Assembly (NCBI RefSeq): GCF_006345805.1
Contig: NC_043011.1
Span: forward strand, 21,030,464 to 21,094,463
Source: Octopus sinensis
Taxonomy: Eukaryota
DNA: 64,000 nucleotides
Reading direction: 5' to 3'
The notes under the pieces: generated by a model
What the model saw: the letters and a program-made list of their open reading frames with translations, nothing else
The model's database searches: none
Told to the model about the DNA's origin: nothing
Program-made: the position numbers and the translations under genes
In this document: in pieces, positions 14,641 to 26,969 of the stretch
Layout: each line of letters opens with the position of its first letter
Numbering within the stretch: the first letter of the stretch is position 1

Positions 14641-17001
14641 TCATCATCATCATCGTTTAGCGTCTGCTTTCCATGCTAGCATGGGTTGGACGGGTCAACT
14701 GGGGTCTGTGAAGCTGGAAGGCTTCGTCAGGCCCAGTCAGATCTGGCAGTGTTTCTACGGCTGGATGCCCTTCCTAACGCCAACCACTCCGCGAGTGTAG
14801 TGGGTGTTTTTTACGTGCCACCTGCACAGGTGCCAGACAGAGCTGGCGAACGGATGGTGCTTTTACGTGTCACCGGCACGGGGCCAGGCGATGCTGGCAA
14901 CGGACACGAACGGATGGTGCTTTTACGTGCCACCGACACGGGGCCAGACAGAGCTGGCAACCGGCCACGAACGGACGGTGCTTTTACGTGTCACCGGCAC
15001 GGGGGCCAGCCGAGGCTGGCAACGGACGCGAACGGATGGTGCTTTTACGTGCCACCGACACGGTTGCCAGACAGAGCTGGCAAACGGCCACGAGCGGACG
15101 GTGCTTTTACGTGTCACCGGCACGGGGGCCAGCCGAGGCTGGCAACGGACACGGACGGATGGTGCTTTTACGTGCCACCGACACGGGGCCAGACAGAGCT
15201 GGCAAACGGCCACGAACGGATGGTGCTTTTACGTGCCACCGACACGGGGCCAGACAGAGCTGGCAAACGGCCATGAGCGAATGGTGCTTTTACGTATCAC
15301 CGGCACGGGTGCCAGACGAGGCTGACAGCGGACAACGAACGGAATGGGTCACTTCACCCCTGCTTTCTGATATATGATTTGATTTTGATTGTTCTCACTG
15401 GTCTTGCCGGTCTTCTCACGCACAGCATACTTCCATAGGTCTCGGTCTCTGGTCATTTCCTTGGTGAGACCTAGAGTTCGAAGGTCGTGCTTCACCACCT
15501 CGACCCAGGTTCTCCTGGGTCTACCTCTTCCACAGGTCCCCTCAACTGCCAGGGTGTGGCACTTTTTCACACACCTATCTTCATCCATTCTCATCATCAC
15601 ACCACATGACCATACCAGCGCAATCGTCTCTCTTGCACACAACATCTGATTCCTCTTAGGTCCAACTTTTCTCTCAAGGTACTTACACTCTGTCGACTAT
15701 GAACACTATGAACACATCCAACGGAGCATACTAGCTTCATTTCTCGCGAGCTTACGCATGTCCTCAGCAGTCACGGCCCATGTTTCACTGCCATGTAGCA
15801 TGGCTGTTCGTACACATGCATCATACAGTCTGCCTTTTACTCTGAGCGAGAGGCCTTTAGTCACCAACAGAGGTAAGAGCTCCCTAAACTTTGCCCAGGC
15901 TATTCTTACTCTAGCCGTTACACTTTCAGCACACCCACCCCACCCACTACTGACTTGGTCACCAAGATAACGGAAGCTATCAACTACTTCTAGTTTTTCC
16001 CCCTGGAAAGTGACGGAAGTTGTTTTCTGCAGATTTTCAGAGGTTAATGCTCCCGAGCATCTGCCACATACAAAAACCATCTTCCTAGTTAGCCTTCCTA
16101 TGACATTGCTGCACCTCTTATGTGTCCATAGCTTACACTTGGTGCATCTTATAGAGTTTCTACCTACACCTTTTCTACAGATCGAGCAGGGCCATCTACC
16201 TGAAGGCGTTTGTGATTTGTCTACCTTCCTACTTATTAGGACTTTGGTTTTAGCCAGGTTGACTCTAAGGCCCTTCGATTCTAAACCATGCTTCCACACC
16301 TGAAACTTCTTCTCCAGTTCTGATAATGACTCAGCAATTAGAGCAAGGTCATCAGCATAGAGGAGCTCCCAGGGGCATCCTGTCTTGAATTCCTCGTTAT
16401 TGCCTGGAGGACTATGATAAATAGGAGGGGGCTGAGGACTGAGCCTTGGTGGACCCCTACCTCTACCCGGAATTCTTCACTGTACTCATTTCCAACCCTC
16501 ACCTTACTAGCAGCGTCCCTGTACATGGCTTGCACAGCTCTCACTAACCATTCTTCTATTCCTAGTTTCCTCATTGACCACCATATGAGGGATCGGGGGA
16601 CCCTGTCGAAGGCTTTCTCCATGTCAACAAAAGCCAGGTACAGGGCCTTATCTTTGGCTAGGTATTTCTCTCTGCAGCTGCCTTACCAGGAATATAGCAT
16701 CAGTGGTACTTTTCCCTGGTACGAAACCAAACTGCATCTCATCTAAACTAACTCTCTCTCTAATTAGTTGGCTTATGACCCTCTCTGTAACCTTCATCAC
16801 CTGATCCAACAGCTTGATACCTCTGTAATTATTTGTATCTAGGGCATCACCTTTACCTTTGTAGCAGTTGACTATTATGCTGCTACACCAGTCATTGGGT
16901 ATGACTCCTTCATGTATCACCTGATTAACTATACAGGTGACTAGGCTATAGCCGACACTACCAGATATTTTGAGCATCTCTGCAGTGATACCTGATGGGC
17001 C
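14641..17001 (-). mobile_element. 5'-truncated RTE-clade non-LTR retrotransposon (frameshifted RT, 3' UTR tandem array, (GAT)n tail)
   Basis: Minus-strand RT motifs: NYRGIKLL, QFGFVPGKSTTDAIF, MEKAFDRVPR, GVHQGSVLSPLLF, YADD (16348-16359), FRYLGD, RGRPRRTW. Reading frame is broken near 16670, 16400 and 15695. Tail is catcatcat at 14641. Both ends abut (TA)n and no endonuclease domain is present. Confidence 0.93.
14802..15340 (-). repeat. Nine ~60-bp tandem units, two alternating types, in the RTE 3' UTR
   Basis: Unit core ggatggtgcttttacgtg(c/t)caccg(a/g)cacgggg(g)ccag...ctggcaa...cacgaac. Order is A(short),B,A,B,A,B,A,A,B. Confidence 0.9.
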
Positions 17002-17421
17002 TATATATATATATATATATATATATATGAATACATGAGCCGTCAACACACTGAGTGCAGTAGGTTAGCACCCTGTTAATTTATCTAGCAGTGACTTTCA
17101 AGAAAGAATGTCATAAAACTTAATAAAGGCAAAGTGCTTCAGGGTTGAATGTTCATTAATTTACATACTTGTCTGACCTAAACTGGAATAGAGTAAAGCA
17201 ACTGAAAAAACAAAAACAAAAAGAAAACATCAAAAGTGTTATTCTGTGTCTCTCTTACTTCAAACTACACAATATTTATAAGGTGCAAGCATGGTTGTGT
17301 TGTAATAAGTTTGCTTCCCAGCTATATGGTTCTGGGGTCAATCCCACTGTGTGTAACTTTGCGCATGTGTCTTCTTCTATACTTCTTTTGTACTCTAGGC
17401 ACAAGGCTTGAAATTTATTTA

Positions 17422-17454
<33 letters not shown>

Positions 17455-17988
17455 GTTTGTATCTATCTATATCTATCTATCTATCTATCTATATATATAT
17501 ATATATATCTGTGTGTGTGTCTGTTTGTCTCCCACCACTGCTTGACAACCAATGTTGGTTTGTTTATGTCCTCATAACTTAACGGTTTGGCAAAAGAAAC
17601 CAATAGAATAAGTACCAGGCTAAAAAATAAAAAATAATAAGTACTGGGTTCAATTAGTTCAACTAAAATTCTTGGAAGCAGTGCTCCAGCATGACCACAG
17701 TCTAATGATTGAAACAAGTAAAAGATGAAAGACACATATCTTTATGCCCCCCTTATTCTGTATCTCACCTCACACTGACTCACTCGTGTGATTGATGTAC
17801 AGCAATTTAAGCTAAATTGTTAACAACCTCAATCTGTCACCCAGCTATCCTGATACTGATAAAGATAGACACAAGGTGACCATTAACCCTACAAGACTAA
17901 CAAATAAAAATGCCAAAATGTATTTCGCCCACTTTGCATAGCGTTATTCTATGTCTTTACATTTTACACAACTTATTTCTTTTTATAG

Positions 17989-18142
17989 ACTTTTGGAACA
18001 ATTCCTTGGCAGTCATTTTTCCAGCGAGTCCTGTCAATGCAAAGTGCTTTTTACTCTCAGGTTTTGTCCTTCTCCGGTGCTCTGTTTGCAGTTATTCTTG
18101 TCATTCCTGCAGTTCTGATTGGAGCTGCTGGCATATCAGCAG
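17989..18142 (+). CDS. SLC5A7: SLC5A7/CHT1-like sodium:solute symporter, internal exon (154 bp, phase 0 to 1)
   Basis: Acceptor ttctttttatAG at 17987-88 and donor GTaggt at 18143. Translates [51 protein letters not shown], matching CHT1 [27 protein letters not shown]...IPAILIGAIGAST. Confidence 0.93.
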
Positions 18143-18320
18143 GTAGGTTTGTTCTGCACATCATTTTTTTGTTAATTATTATTCAATGTTTTTATGGTGA
18201 TATGGCAAAAATGGCACTTAGGCAGTTTAGTGACAAAGGTGGTATTTAAGCAGTGTTGTAACAGAAGAGGTGTTTAGGCAGTGGAGTAATAAAAGCAGTA
18301 TATAGGTAGTGTAGTAGCAA

Positions 18321-18652
18321 AGCATGGCTCAGTGGTTAGAGCGTCGAGCTTACGATCGTGAGGTTGTGAGCTCAAATCCTGGATCGGGCTGCGTGTTGTG
18401 TTCTTGAGCAAGACACTTTATTTCACGTTGCTTCAGTTCACTCATTTGTAGAAATGAGTTGCAATGTCACAGGTGCCAAGCTGTATTGGCCGTTGCCTTT
18501 CCCTTGGATAACACTGGTGGCGTGGAGAGGGGAAGTCGGTATGCATGGGCGACTGCTGGTCTTCCATAAACAACCTTGCCCAGACTTGTGCCTGGGAAGC
18601 TAACTTTCTAGGTGCATTTCCATGATCTGTGTTGTGACCGAAGGGGGTCTCA
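18321..18652 (+). mobile_element. SINE family C with tRNA-like head (decayed relatives ~6958-7290, 8035-8320, 35210-35420, 37850-38100)
   Basis: gcatggctcagtggttagagcg...ctcaaatcc A/B-box-like head followed by gtgttgtgttcttgagcaagacactt. Confidence 0.75.
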
Positions 18653-19134
18653 GTAGCAAAAGCAGTATTTAGGCTATGGTATAGTAGAAATGATATTTAG
18701 GTAGTAAGATAGAAGTGATATTTAAACCAGCCATATCCAGCCAAAATATTCTCTCTGTTTTATGGTGAAACTAGTCAGAAATGGTTTCTCGTACCAACCC
18801 TATAATATCATTGTTACGTCATCAAAGTCTGATAATTACAAGATAATACGAATTGGCATCAAAAAGTTCCTGGACTAATTATGTTTAACCTTTTCGTTAC
18901 TGTATTTATTTTGAAATGCTCTGTGTTTCTTTCAATTACTTCAAATATAACAAAGAATTTAGTAAAATAACTTAGTTATCATTAAGCTAGTGTTAGGAAC
19001 ATAAACTGTGACTAAGGTTTGGTGGAAGATTTTAATTCAAAACTCATGAAAACAAGACATTTGTACTCAGACCCAGAGCCACATGGCTCTGGCTTCAGTC
19101 CCACTGCGTGGAACCTTGGGCAAATTTCCCCAAG

Positions 19135-19178
19135 ACACCTGAAGAAAGCTGGAGGGTATATCAGCGGAAACATTGTGT
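19135..19178 (+). ncRNA. Degenerate minimal hammerhead motif in a Penelope-like mini-element
   Basis: ACAC CUGAAGA AA GCUG gagggtatat CAGC G GAAA CA UU GUGU. Helix I 4 bp, helix II 4 bp with an A.G mismatch at its base. Confidence 0.6.
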
Positions 19179-20693
19179 TAACAACAAACAAGATGAGGAC
19201 AAATATCTGTCGAATGTAAATAATGTACATAATTCCTCATCTCTTAAATATAAAACTGTATTTTCATGAATGTTATTGTAGCTCAACCTTACAATATACA
19301 AGAGCGTCGAGTAGATGTTATTCCGATTAACTAAGTACAGTCTTCATTAAGTCCTACATCTTAACCTGTTGAATTTCAATTCTGCTGCAATGGCAATGGA
19401 ACACATCTGTCATTTCTGACAAAATGAAAGATGAGATAATGATAATCCCAGTTACTGAGCTTCACCAGATTGGGTGGTCTTCAAATTTAACAAGGGCTGG
19501 TGGAGGGTTTCTTTCATCTAGATGTCATCTTTAAAGGAGACAGCCAATATGTAGGGGTTGAGAAAAGAATCTGCCCTGCTGAACCCAGAAGCCTTAATGA
19601 AGTCTTCTGAATTGATAAATGGCTGTTGACTCCCGTCAAGGTGTCCGTCTATCTTTCTTGTACCAGAGGTAGATCCAAGAGTGTTGTTGTCAGTTTAGTT
19701 GCTCACCAATGACCCAGTTGTGCTGATTTACATGGTAATCAGATGTATCTTTTATCTTTTACTTATTTCAGTCATTAGACTGGCCATACTGGAGCATTGC
19801 CTTTGGTCGAAGAAATCAACCCCAGGACTTATTCTTTGTAAGCCTAGTAGTTATTCTATCAGCCTCTTTTGCCAAACTGCTAAGTTACAGGAACATAAAC
19901 ACACCAACATCGGTTGTCAAGCGATGGTGGGGGGACAAACACAGACACGCAAATACATATATATATATATATATATATATGACAGGCTTCTTTCAGTTTC
20001 TTATTACTTTATTGCCACAAGGGGCTAAACACAGAGAGGACAAACAAGGACAGACAAAGGGGTTAAGTCGATTACATCGACCCCAGTGCATAACTGGCAC
20101 TTAATTTATCAACCCTGAAAGGATAAATTCAAAGTCGACCTAGGCGAAATTTGAACTAAGAACGTAATGGCAGACGAAATACCGCTAAGCATTTCGCCCA
20201 GCGTGCTAACGTTTCTGCTAGCTCGCTGCCTTCTTTCAGTTTTTTGTCTACCAAATCCAAGGCTTTGTTTGGCCTGTGGCTATTGTAGAAGACACATTCC
20301 CAAGGTGCCACATAGTGGGACTGAACCCAGGACCATGTGGTTAGGAAGCAAGCTTCTTACCACACAGCCACTCCTGTGCCTATATGAGACAAATTTTGTA
20401 ATTTTTGGTTTTTCTTGTAAGTTGAGTAGCCCTATAGAAATTCCTTTGTTGGTTTTCATATTTTGTCTTTGAAGTCATTGTGACACCTGGCCCTTTATCA
20501 GGTGTTACTGCTCAACATTAATAACTGACACTGATAAAAAAATGTGTAATTTGTCTTAAGATTTTAAAGCTAGATGCTTTCACCACCCAAAGAAGAATGG
20601 GGGATAAATTGTTGATAGTGCTAGTGATGGTGGTGGTAGTGGTGGTAACAGCAGAGTTTCTTTTCATGAAATGATGAATTTCTTTCTTTTCAG

Positions 20694-20801
20694 ACTGGAA
20701 ACAGACAGAACTTGGTGTGTCTCCAATACTTGTAAATCAGAGTTATATGATACTGCCATATGTTATTAAAGAGTTTACTCCTAGAATTCCTTGTTTACTT
20801 G
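20694..20801 (+). CDS. SLC5A7: SLC5A7/CHT1-like exon (108 bp, phase 1 to 1)
   Basis: Acceptor tttcttttcAG and donor GTaagt at 20802. Translates (D)WKQTELGVSPILVNQSYMILPYVIKEFTPRIPCLL(G), matching CHT1 DWNQTAYG...[21 protein letters not shown]. Phases join both neighbouring exons. Confidence 0.9.
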
Positions 20802-22774
20802 GTAAGTTGATCACTCCATGTACTTTTACACATTTATTATTGTTTTTGTGTGACCAAGGCAACGAGCTGGCAGAATCATTAGCACACCAGGCGAAATGCT
20901 TAGCAGTATTTCTTCTGGTTTTACATTCTGAGTTCAAATTCTGCTGAAGTCAACTTTATCTTTTATCCTTTTGGGGTCAATAAAATAAGTACCAGCTAAG
21001 TACTGGGGTCAGTGCAACCAAGTAAGCCCTTCAACAAAATTTCAGGCCTTGCACCTATCATATGAAGGATTATCTTTTTGTTTGATTGGTTTTTTTTTTG
21101 TTGTTGTTGCTTTCTTTTTCTTCCTGCAATTGAGGAATTTGGCAGTCTTTCATATTATAAGTCTTAACAAAACTTTGATGAAATCAATGCCATGTGACTG
21201 ACTACAAGGGTGCAGGCATGGCTGTGTGGTTAGATATTCACTTTGCAGCTATGATTGTTTCAATTATGACCACATGGTACCATTTACTACTCTTTTGGGT
21301 TCCACCAAATCCTTGTTAGTGAAAGGGGCTAGATTGAAACTGCAGAAATCTGTTTGAAGAATTATTCCTGTTTTGGTGGGCTGTAGACTTAATCTTTCGC
21401 CTAATTTAGCATCATTAAATAATTTTGGGGTACCTTTTGTTAGAGTTTACTTTGTTGCAAATATTCAAGCCAAGTTTTGGTCTGAGGATAATAGGCACTA
21501 TTGAGGTCACCAACTAACTTGCAAGACAAAGAAAAACAATCCCTCAGCTAAGTAGGGTTGTAGTAGAGAGGGAGCTTGCTTTATGTTAGGTGTTGATAAG
21601 GACCGGCACCAGGACAGCTACCCTGCATTATATATGTGTGGGTGGGAGTAGCTGAAAAGAAGACAATGATGGTGGTGATGAGCATACTCTTAGGATATAT
21701 ATGGAATGAGTATAAGAGAGAGTACACAGGGTGGGTGGGTGGATGGAGTTTTCTCTCCTGTACACTACATCTGAGTAATCTTAGGCCCAATTTTACTCTC
21801 AACACAGTTAACTATTTAACATTCAAATCAGCCATTTCCAGCCCACATATTCTACCTGTGTTATGTTCAAATCTTCCAGATCCAGCCACTGACAACTTTC
21901 CTTACAATGTTATTCTAAAAATAAACGATTACATCATCATCATCGTTTAACGTTCGTTTTCCATGCTAGCATGGGTTGGATGATTTGACTGAGGACTGGT
22001 GAACCAGATGGCTACACCAGACTCCAATCTGATCTGGCAGAGTTTCTACAGCTGGATGCCCTTCCCAACGCCAACCACTCCGAGAGTGTAGTGGATGCTT
22101 TTACGTGCCACCGGCATGGGGGCCAGTCAGGCAGTACTGGCAAAGGCCGCACTCAAATGGTGCCCTTTATGTGCCACCTGCACAGGAGCCAGTCCAGCGG
22201 CACTGGCAACGACCTCGCTCGAATGTTTTTTCACGTACCACCAGCACAAGTGCCAGTAAGGCAATGCAGGTAATGATCACACTTGAGTGGTGTTTTTTTA
22301 CGTGTGCCACCGGCACAGAGGCCAGCTTGTTCTGGCAACGATCATGCTCGTATGGTACTCTTAGCTCTCCACTAGCATGGATGCCAGTCATCGAATTTGA
22401 TTTCGATTCCAATCATTGAAATCTTGAAGTTATGAGATAATGCATGATTTATTCAAAACAAAGTAAATAAATAAACATGACACTTGATATAATAATCTGA
22501 TTGCTAAAGGGTTGAACTTTATTGTACATACACACTGAGCATATTAACTTCATTCCTTTATAGTCCTCATATCTCCTCTGCATTTAGGTCCCACTTTTCA
22601 CTCCCACATAACATTGCTATTCATATGCAAGTATCATACAATTTGGTTTCCACTGTGAAAGAAAAACCTTATGTTATCAACAGAAGTAAAAGCTCTCTGA
22701 ACTCCATTCTATTCTTATTGTAGCAGCTATACTGTCAGAACATCCTCCCTCACTGCTAATTAGATACCCTAAGT

Positions 22775-22993
22775 CAGTGCTTTTCAAACTTTTTGCTGGA
22801 GCGGAACCCCAAGGAAACATTCCACTGGCTCGAGGAACCCCTGTGCAATAATTTAATAGTCTTATGCACACATATCTGCACAGGAGAATTAAAAATTACT
22901 GCTGATTTTAGCAGTTTTGTAACTTCTTGCGGAACCCCTGGACTGTACTGGCAGAACTCTAAGGTTCCGCGGAACCCTGGTTGAAAACCACTG
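22775..22993. mobile_element. hAT (Charlie-like) MITE, 219 bp
   Basis: TIRs cagtgcttttcaa / ttgaaaaccactg. Exact 8-bp TSD ccctaagt at 22767-22774 and 22994-23001. Confidence 0.92.
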
Positions 22994-23159
22994 CCCTAAG
23001 TAGCAGAAATAATCTAGTACCTCGAGGAAACCTCCCGGGCATTTGAGAAAATCTATTTCTCATATGTTTTTAAGGTTTATTGCTTCTGCACAGCTGCTAC
23101 AAACTAACTCTACTTTCTTTGTTAACCATCCTGTGATTTCAACTCATCTTTTGTGTGTC

Positions 23160-23285
23160 CAATCCTTTCACTGAATACATCATATGGAGTTTCTACCTAC
23201 ACCTTTTCTATATATATATTGAGCAGGGCCATTTTCTTGAAGGATGAAAGTCCTGCCTGTTTTCCTGCTAACTAGGACTTTGGTG
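23160..23285 (-). mobile_element. Isolated RTE RT fragment covering the Cys-rich insert
   Basis: gagtttctacctacaccttttcta...gagcagggcc...gaagg...taggactttgg resembles 16154-16247. Confidence 0.65.
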
Positions 23286-24651
23286 TATATATGTGTTTAT
23301 ATTATGTGTGTATGTATGTATGTAAGTATGTGTGTTTATGAGAAAGAATGGGGTGTTTTTCTGTGATGGTTGAACTTGATGGGTATTGCAATTGATAAAA
23401 AAAATCGATCCTTCGACCTATCATGAAGTTCAACCATTCCAGAAAAACACCCTATTCTTTCTTTCTTTCATTCATTCATTCGTTCTTTCTTTTCTTTCTG
23501 TCTGCTTTCTTTCTTTCTTTTGTTTAAAACTCACAGTGCATGCAAATTTACACATTTATACATACACAGATATGCATAATCACACATATACACACACACA
23601 CATGCAGATTCAGAATTACATAGAACATCTCAAGTAACCACTCCAAACACCCTTTTCCAAAACTCAAGAAAACAAATTCAACTCCAGATTTTTATTTCCC
23701 GCTAACTCACATATATATAAAAGGTATGACTTTTCTGTAAGAAATCATTCATGATGAATCCCTAACAGGGACAAATAAATAAATATATTTTATCCAAATT
23801 CTGACTATCTCTTGTCTCTTAATATATAAAATCTGTACACCACTTCAAACAATCTATACATAATTTTCACTTTTACCATTCATGAAATCAGATATGATTT
23901 CAACAGAAATCTTATAAGCTGACAAGGTGAGATGGGTTTAACCCTAGGCATGGTGAGAGCCATCGATGAGCATTAAGATGCATTAAGCATCAAAATGTGA
24001 AATCATCAATGATCTGGTTATATTTGCAACTGTAGGGAGCTTGTCTCCTTTGTCATCTCATTAAGATAAAGCTTCCGTGGCTATTGAGTTGTTTTGACTC
24101 TTATTTCTAGCAATATTGCTGACTAGTGCCCTTTGTTCACTTTAGTGACGTATATATTTCTGCCTTTAGGTTGTAAAATTGTGAATTAGCCACCCATATT
24201 TTTTTTACACACACACACAATATACAAGCTTTCATCAACTGACATAATGTAACAAGGATGTACTATGAGTGCCACTAAAACTCTGGCTTGAACTGCAGTT
24301 GTAAAATGTGGTGCTGAGACTGTCCATCAAAAGTGGCTAGAAGTGGTTTCTCCTTGAGCAGGTGGATATTACTGTACACACACGCATGTATGTTAGTATA
24401 TATATATATATATATATATATACACAAACATATATACACATATATCTTTGAAAGAATGAGATATTTTTTTTTGAAGAGATAATTTTTATTTTAATCTTAA
24501 TAATAATGTTTACAGTAATATGAGTTTCAATCTTCTCGTAGCCGTTTTCAAACTGAAAAATGTATGTTTTACTGGTTGCTTAAATAGCAAAAGATTTTTC
24601 CTTACAATTATACATGCAAAAAAGAAATATATATATATTTATATCTCTGTT

Positions 24652-24694
<43 letters not shown>

Positions 24695-24699
24695 ATATA

Positions 24700-25147
24700 T
24701 ATATATTAGAAGAAATGAGGTAATCAGAAGATCAGATGGTTTGTATTTACAGATATTTATTTATTTATATATATATTACATTTTTTACATATATATCATA
24801 TCACTTAGTTCATTAGCGCTTTCTCCCATTCTAGTGGGGTTTTCAAATGAAAATAAGTTCCTTTGCTGGGGATTTTAATCATTTTATAGTTTCTGGTTGT
24901 GGTGGGGAGGAATGTAAGACAGTACTGTCTTACATTCCTCCCCACCACAACCAGAAACTATAAAATGATTAAAATCCCCAGCAAAGGAACTTATTTTCAT
25001 TTGAAAACCCCACTAGAATGGGAGAAAGCGCTAATGAACTAAGTGATATGATATATATGTAAAAAATGTAATATATATATAAATAAATAAATATCTGTAA
25101 ATACAAACCATCCGATCTTCTGATTACCTCATTTCTTCTAATATATA
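24700..25147. repeat. Spacerless 448-bp palindrome
   Basis: Centre gacagt|actgtc at 24923/24924. Arms match out to tatattagaag / cttctaatatata, with one mismatch seen. Confidence 0.93.
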
Positions 25148-25275
25148 ATACCTGTACATCATCTCCAAACCTTCCAATATATATACATATATACAGAAAA
25201 CAGAAAAGAATATAAAATATCTTTAAAAATATAAAAAAATAAAATAAAAGATGTAAAAATAATATATGTATATAC

Positions 25276-26110
25276 TAGCTGATGTACTCGGTAATTCTCA
25301 GGAAAGCAAGGTTTATCCCTTGGTTCCGTTTTCATAATTGTTTCGCTAATCCAATAACAACAATACAAAGTATGTAGCCCTTCAAATGGTGTTTGTGCAG
25401 GATCTTGTTTTTAGGAATTCCCAATAAGTTGTGACTGCCCAAATTGTGAAGTCAGTTATGTAATAACATGAAATCTGTTACCTGATAGTAAGAATTCAAA
25501 TAAAATAGCCCCGAAAAAGGCTTTACTACGTTTCCAGAGTATATAGAACATAGGAGGAAATACTAATAAGGTGTGTATACTAAAATCGTGAAGCATGTTA
25601 CGTAATAAAAGGCTATTCAGGAATGAGATAATAACAATTCAAAGGAAATAACTCTGAAAAGGGCTTTTGTGCGTTCCCAGAGAATATTACCCTTAGGGGC
25701 ACTAGTGTTAATAAGTCACTAACCAAAATAAGTGGATCTATTGTTTAGGAAAATACTATTTACTTGTTTAAGGGTTGTACTGGATAAATTGCAAAAATAA
25801 CTGTAACAGCTCAAATACTAAGACATAAGCATACTCGATTTGATTTATACCAAATAATTTAGGCAGATGAATGGGTTATTTTCCTTTTCCCTTGGCTTTT
25901 AAAATAAAAATATATTAGATATATATAAGGATCCCTTCCTATTATCGATTATTTTTTCAACAATATGAGTATGCCATGAGGTTTCCAGACATGAGTTCTA
26001 CTTACGTGTCAAGTTTCATCAAAATTGATAAAATGATGAAGGAGGAGTTAGCTAACAACTCCACAAACACACCCACAGACAGAATTTTCCACATATGTAG
26101 TATATATATG
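25276..26110 (-). mobile_element. Probable non-autonomous Helitron-like element
   Basis: + strand actagctgatgtactcggtaattctcagg is the reverse of a hairpin-CTAG end. The other end carries a gtgtcaagtttcatcaaa core and an acaaacacacccacagacaga microsatellite. The 5' boundary is approximate. Confidence 0.55.
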
Positions 26111-26928
26111 TATATACAGAATACAATAGGATGTGTGAAGAAGAAGAAGTATCACCACCACCACAACAACAACAGGAAGGAAGAAAGAAGCCGAAGAAGG
26201 GGAAGGATAAGAAGAGAAAAGGCAACCAGTAAAACATACATTTTTCAGTTTGAAAACGGCTACGAGAAGCTTGAAACTCATATCAGAATAACTCACTGTA
26301 AACATTATTATTAAGATTAAAATAGAAATTGTCCTCTCAAAAAAACCATCTCTACTCATTCTTTCAAATATATATAATATTGGACCAAGAACTTTGTCTT
26401 TATTGTTCGTCTGTATATATATATAGTGGCTGTGTGGTAAGAAGCTTGCTTCCCAACCACATAGTTCCGGGTTCAATCCCACTGCATGGCACTTTGGGCA
26501 AGTGTCTTCTACTATAGCCTTGGGCTGACCAAAGCCTTGTGAGTGGATTTGGTAGACAGAAACTGAAAGAAGCCTGTTGTATGTGTGTGTGTCTGTGTGT
26601 TTGACGCCCCAACATTGCTTGACAACCAATGCAGGTGTGTTTATGACTCCGTAACTTAGTGGTTTAGCAAAAGAGAACGATAGAATAAGTACTAGGTTTA
26701 CAAAGAATAATTCATAGGGATGATTTGCTTGACTAAAGATGGTGCTCCAGCATGGCCAGAGTCAAATGACTGAAACAAGTAAAAGAATATATATATATAT
26801 ATACTTTATTTAAAAGCAGCAGAAATTTGATTTCTGCTGCTTTTAAATAAAGCATATTACTCTACCCCTGGTATTTGAGTACTCTTTTCTCTTTTTTCCA
26901 CCTTTTTTCACATTTATGTGTTTACTCT

Positions 26929-26969
<41 letters not shown>

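Noticed and set aside
14802-15340. Repeat-spacer appearance resembling a CRISPR array, and overlapping 96-196 aa ORFs
   Set aside because: Eukaryotic context with no cas genes. The variable parts are only 5-10 nt and recur within and between copies, and the array is a LINE 3' UTR. The ORFs are by-products of GC-rich repeats.
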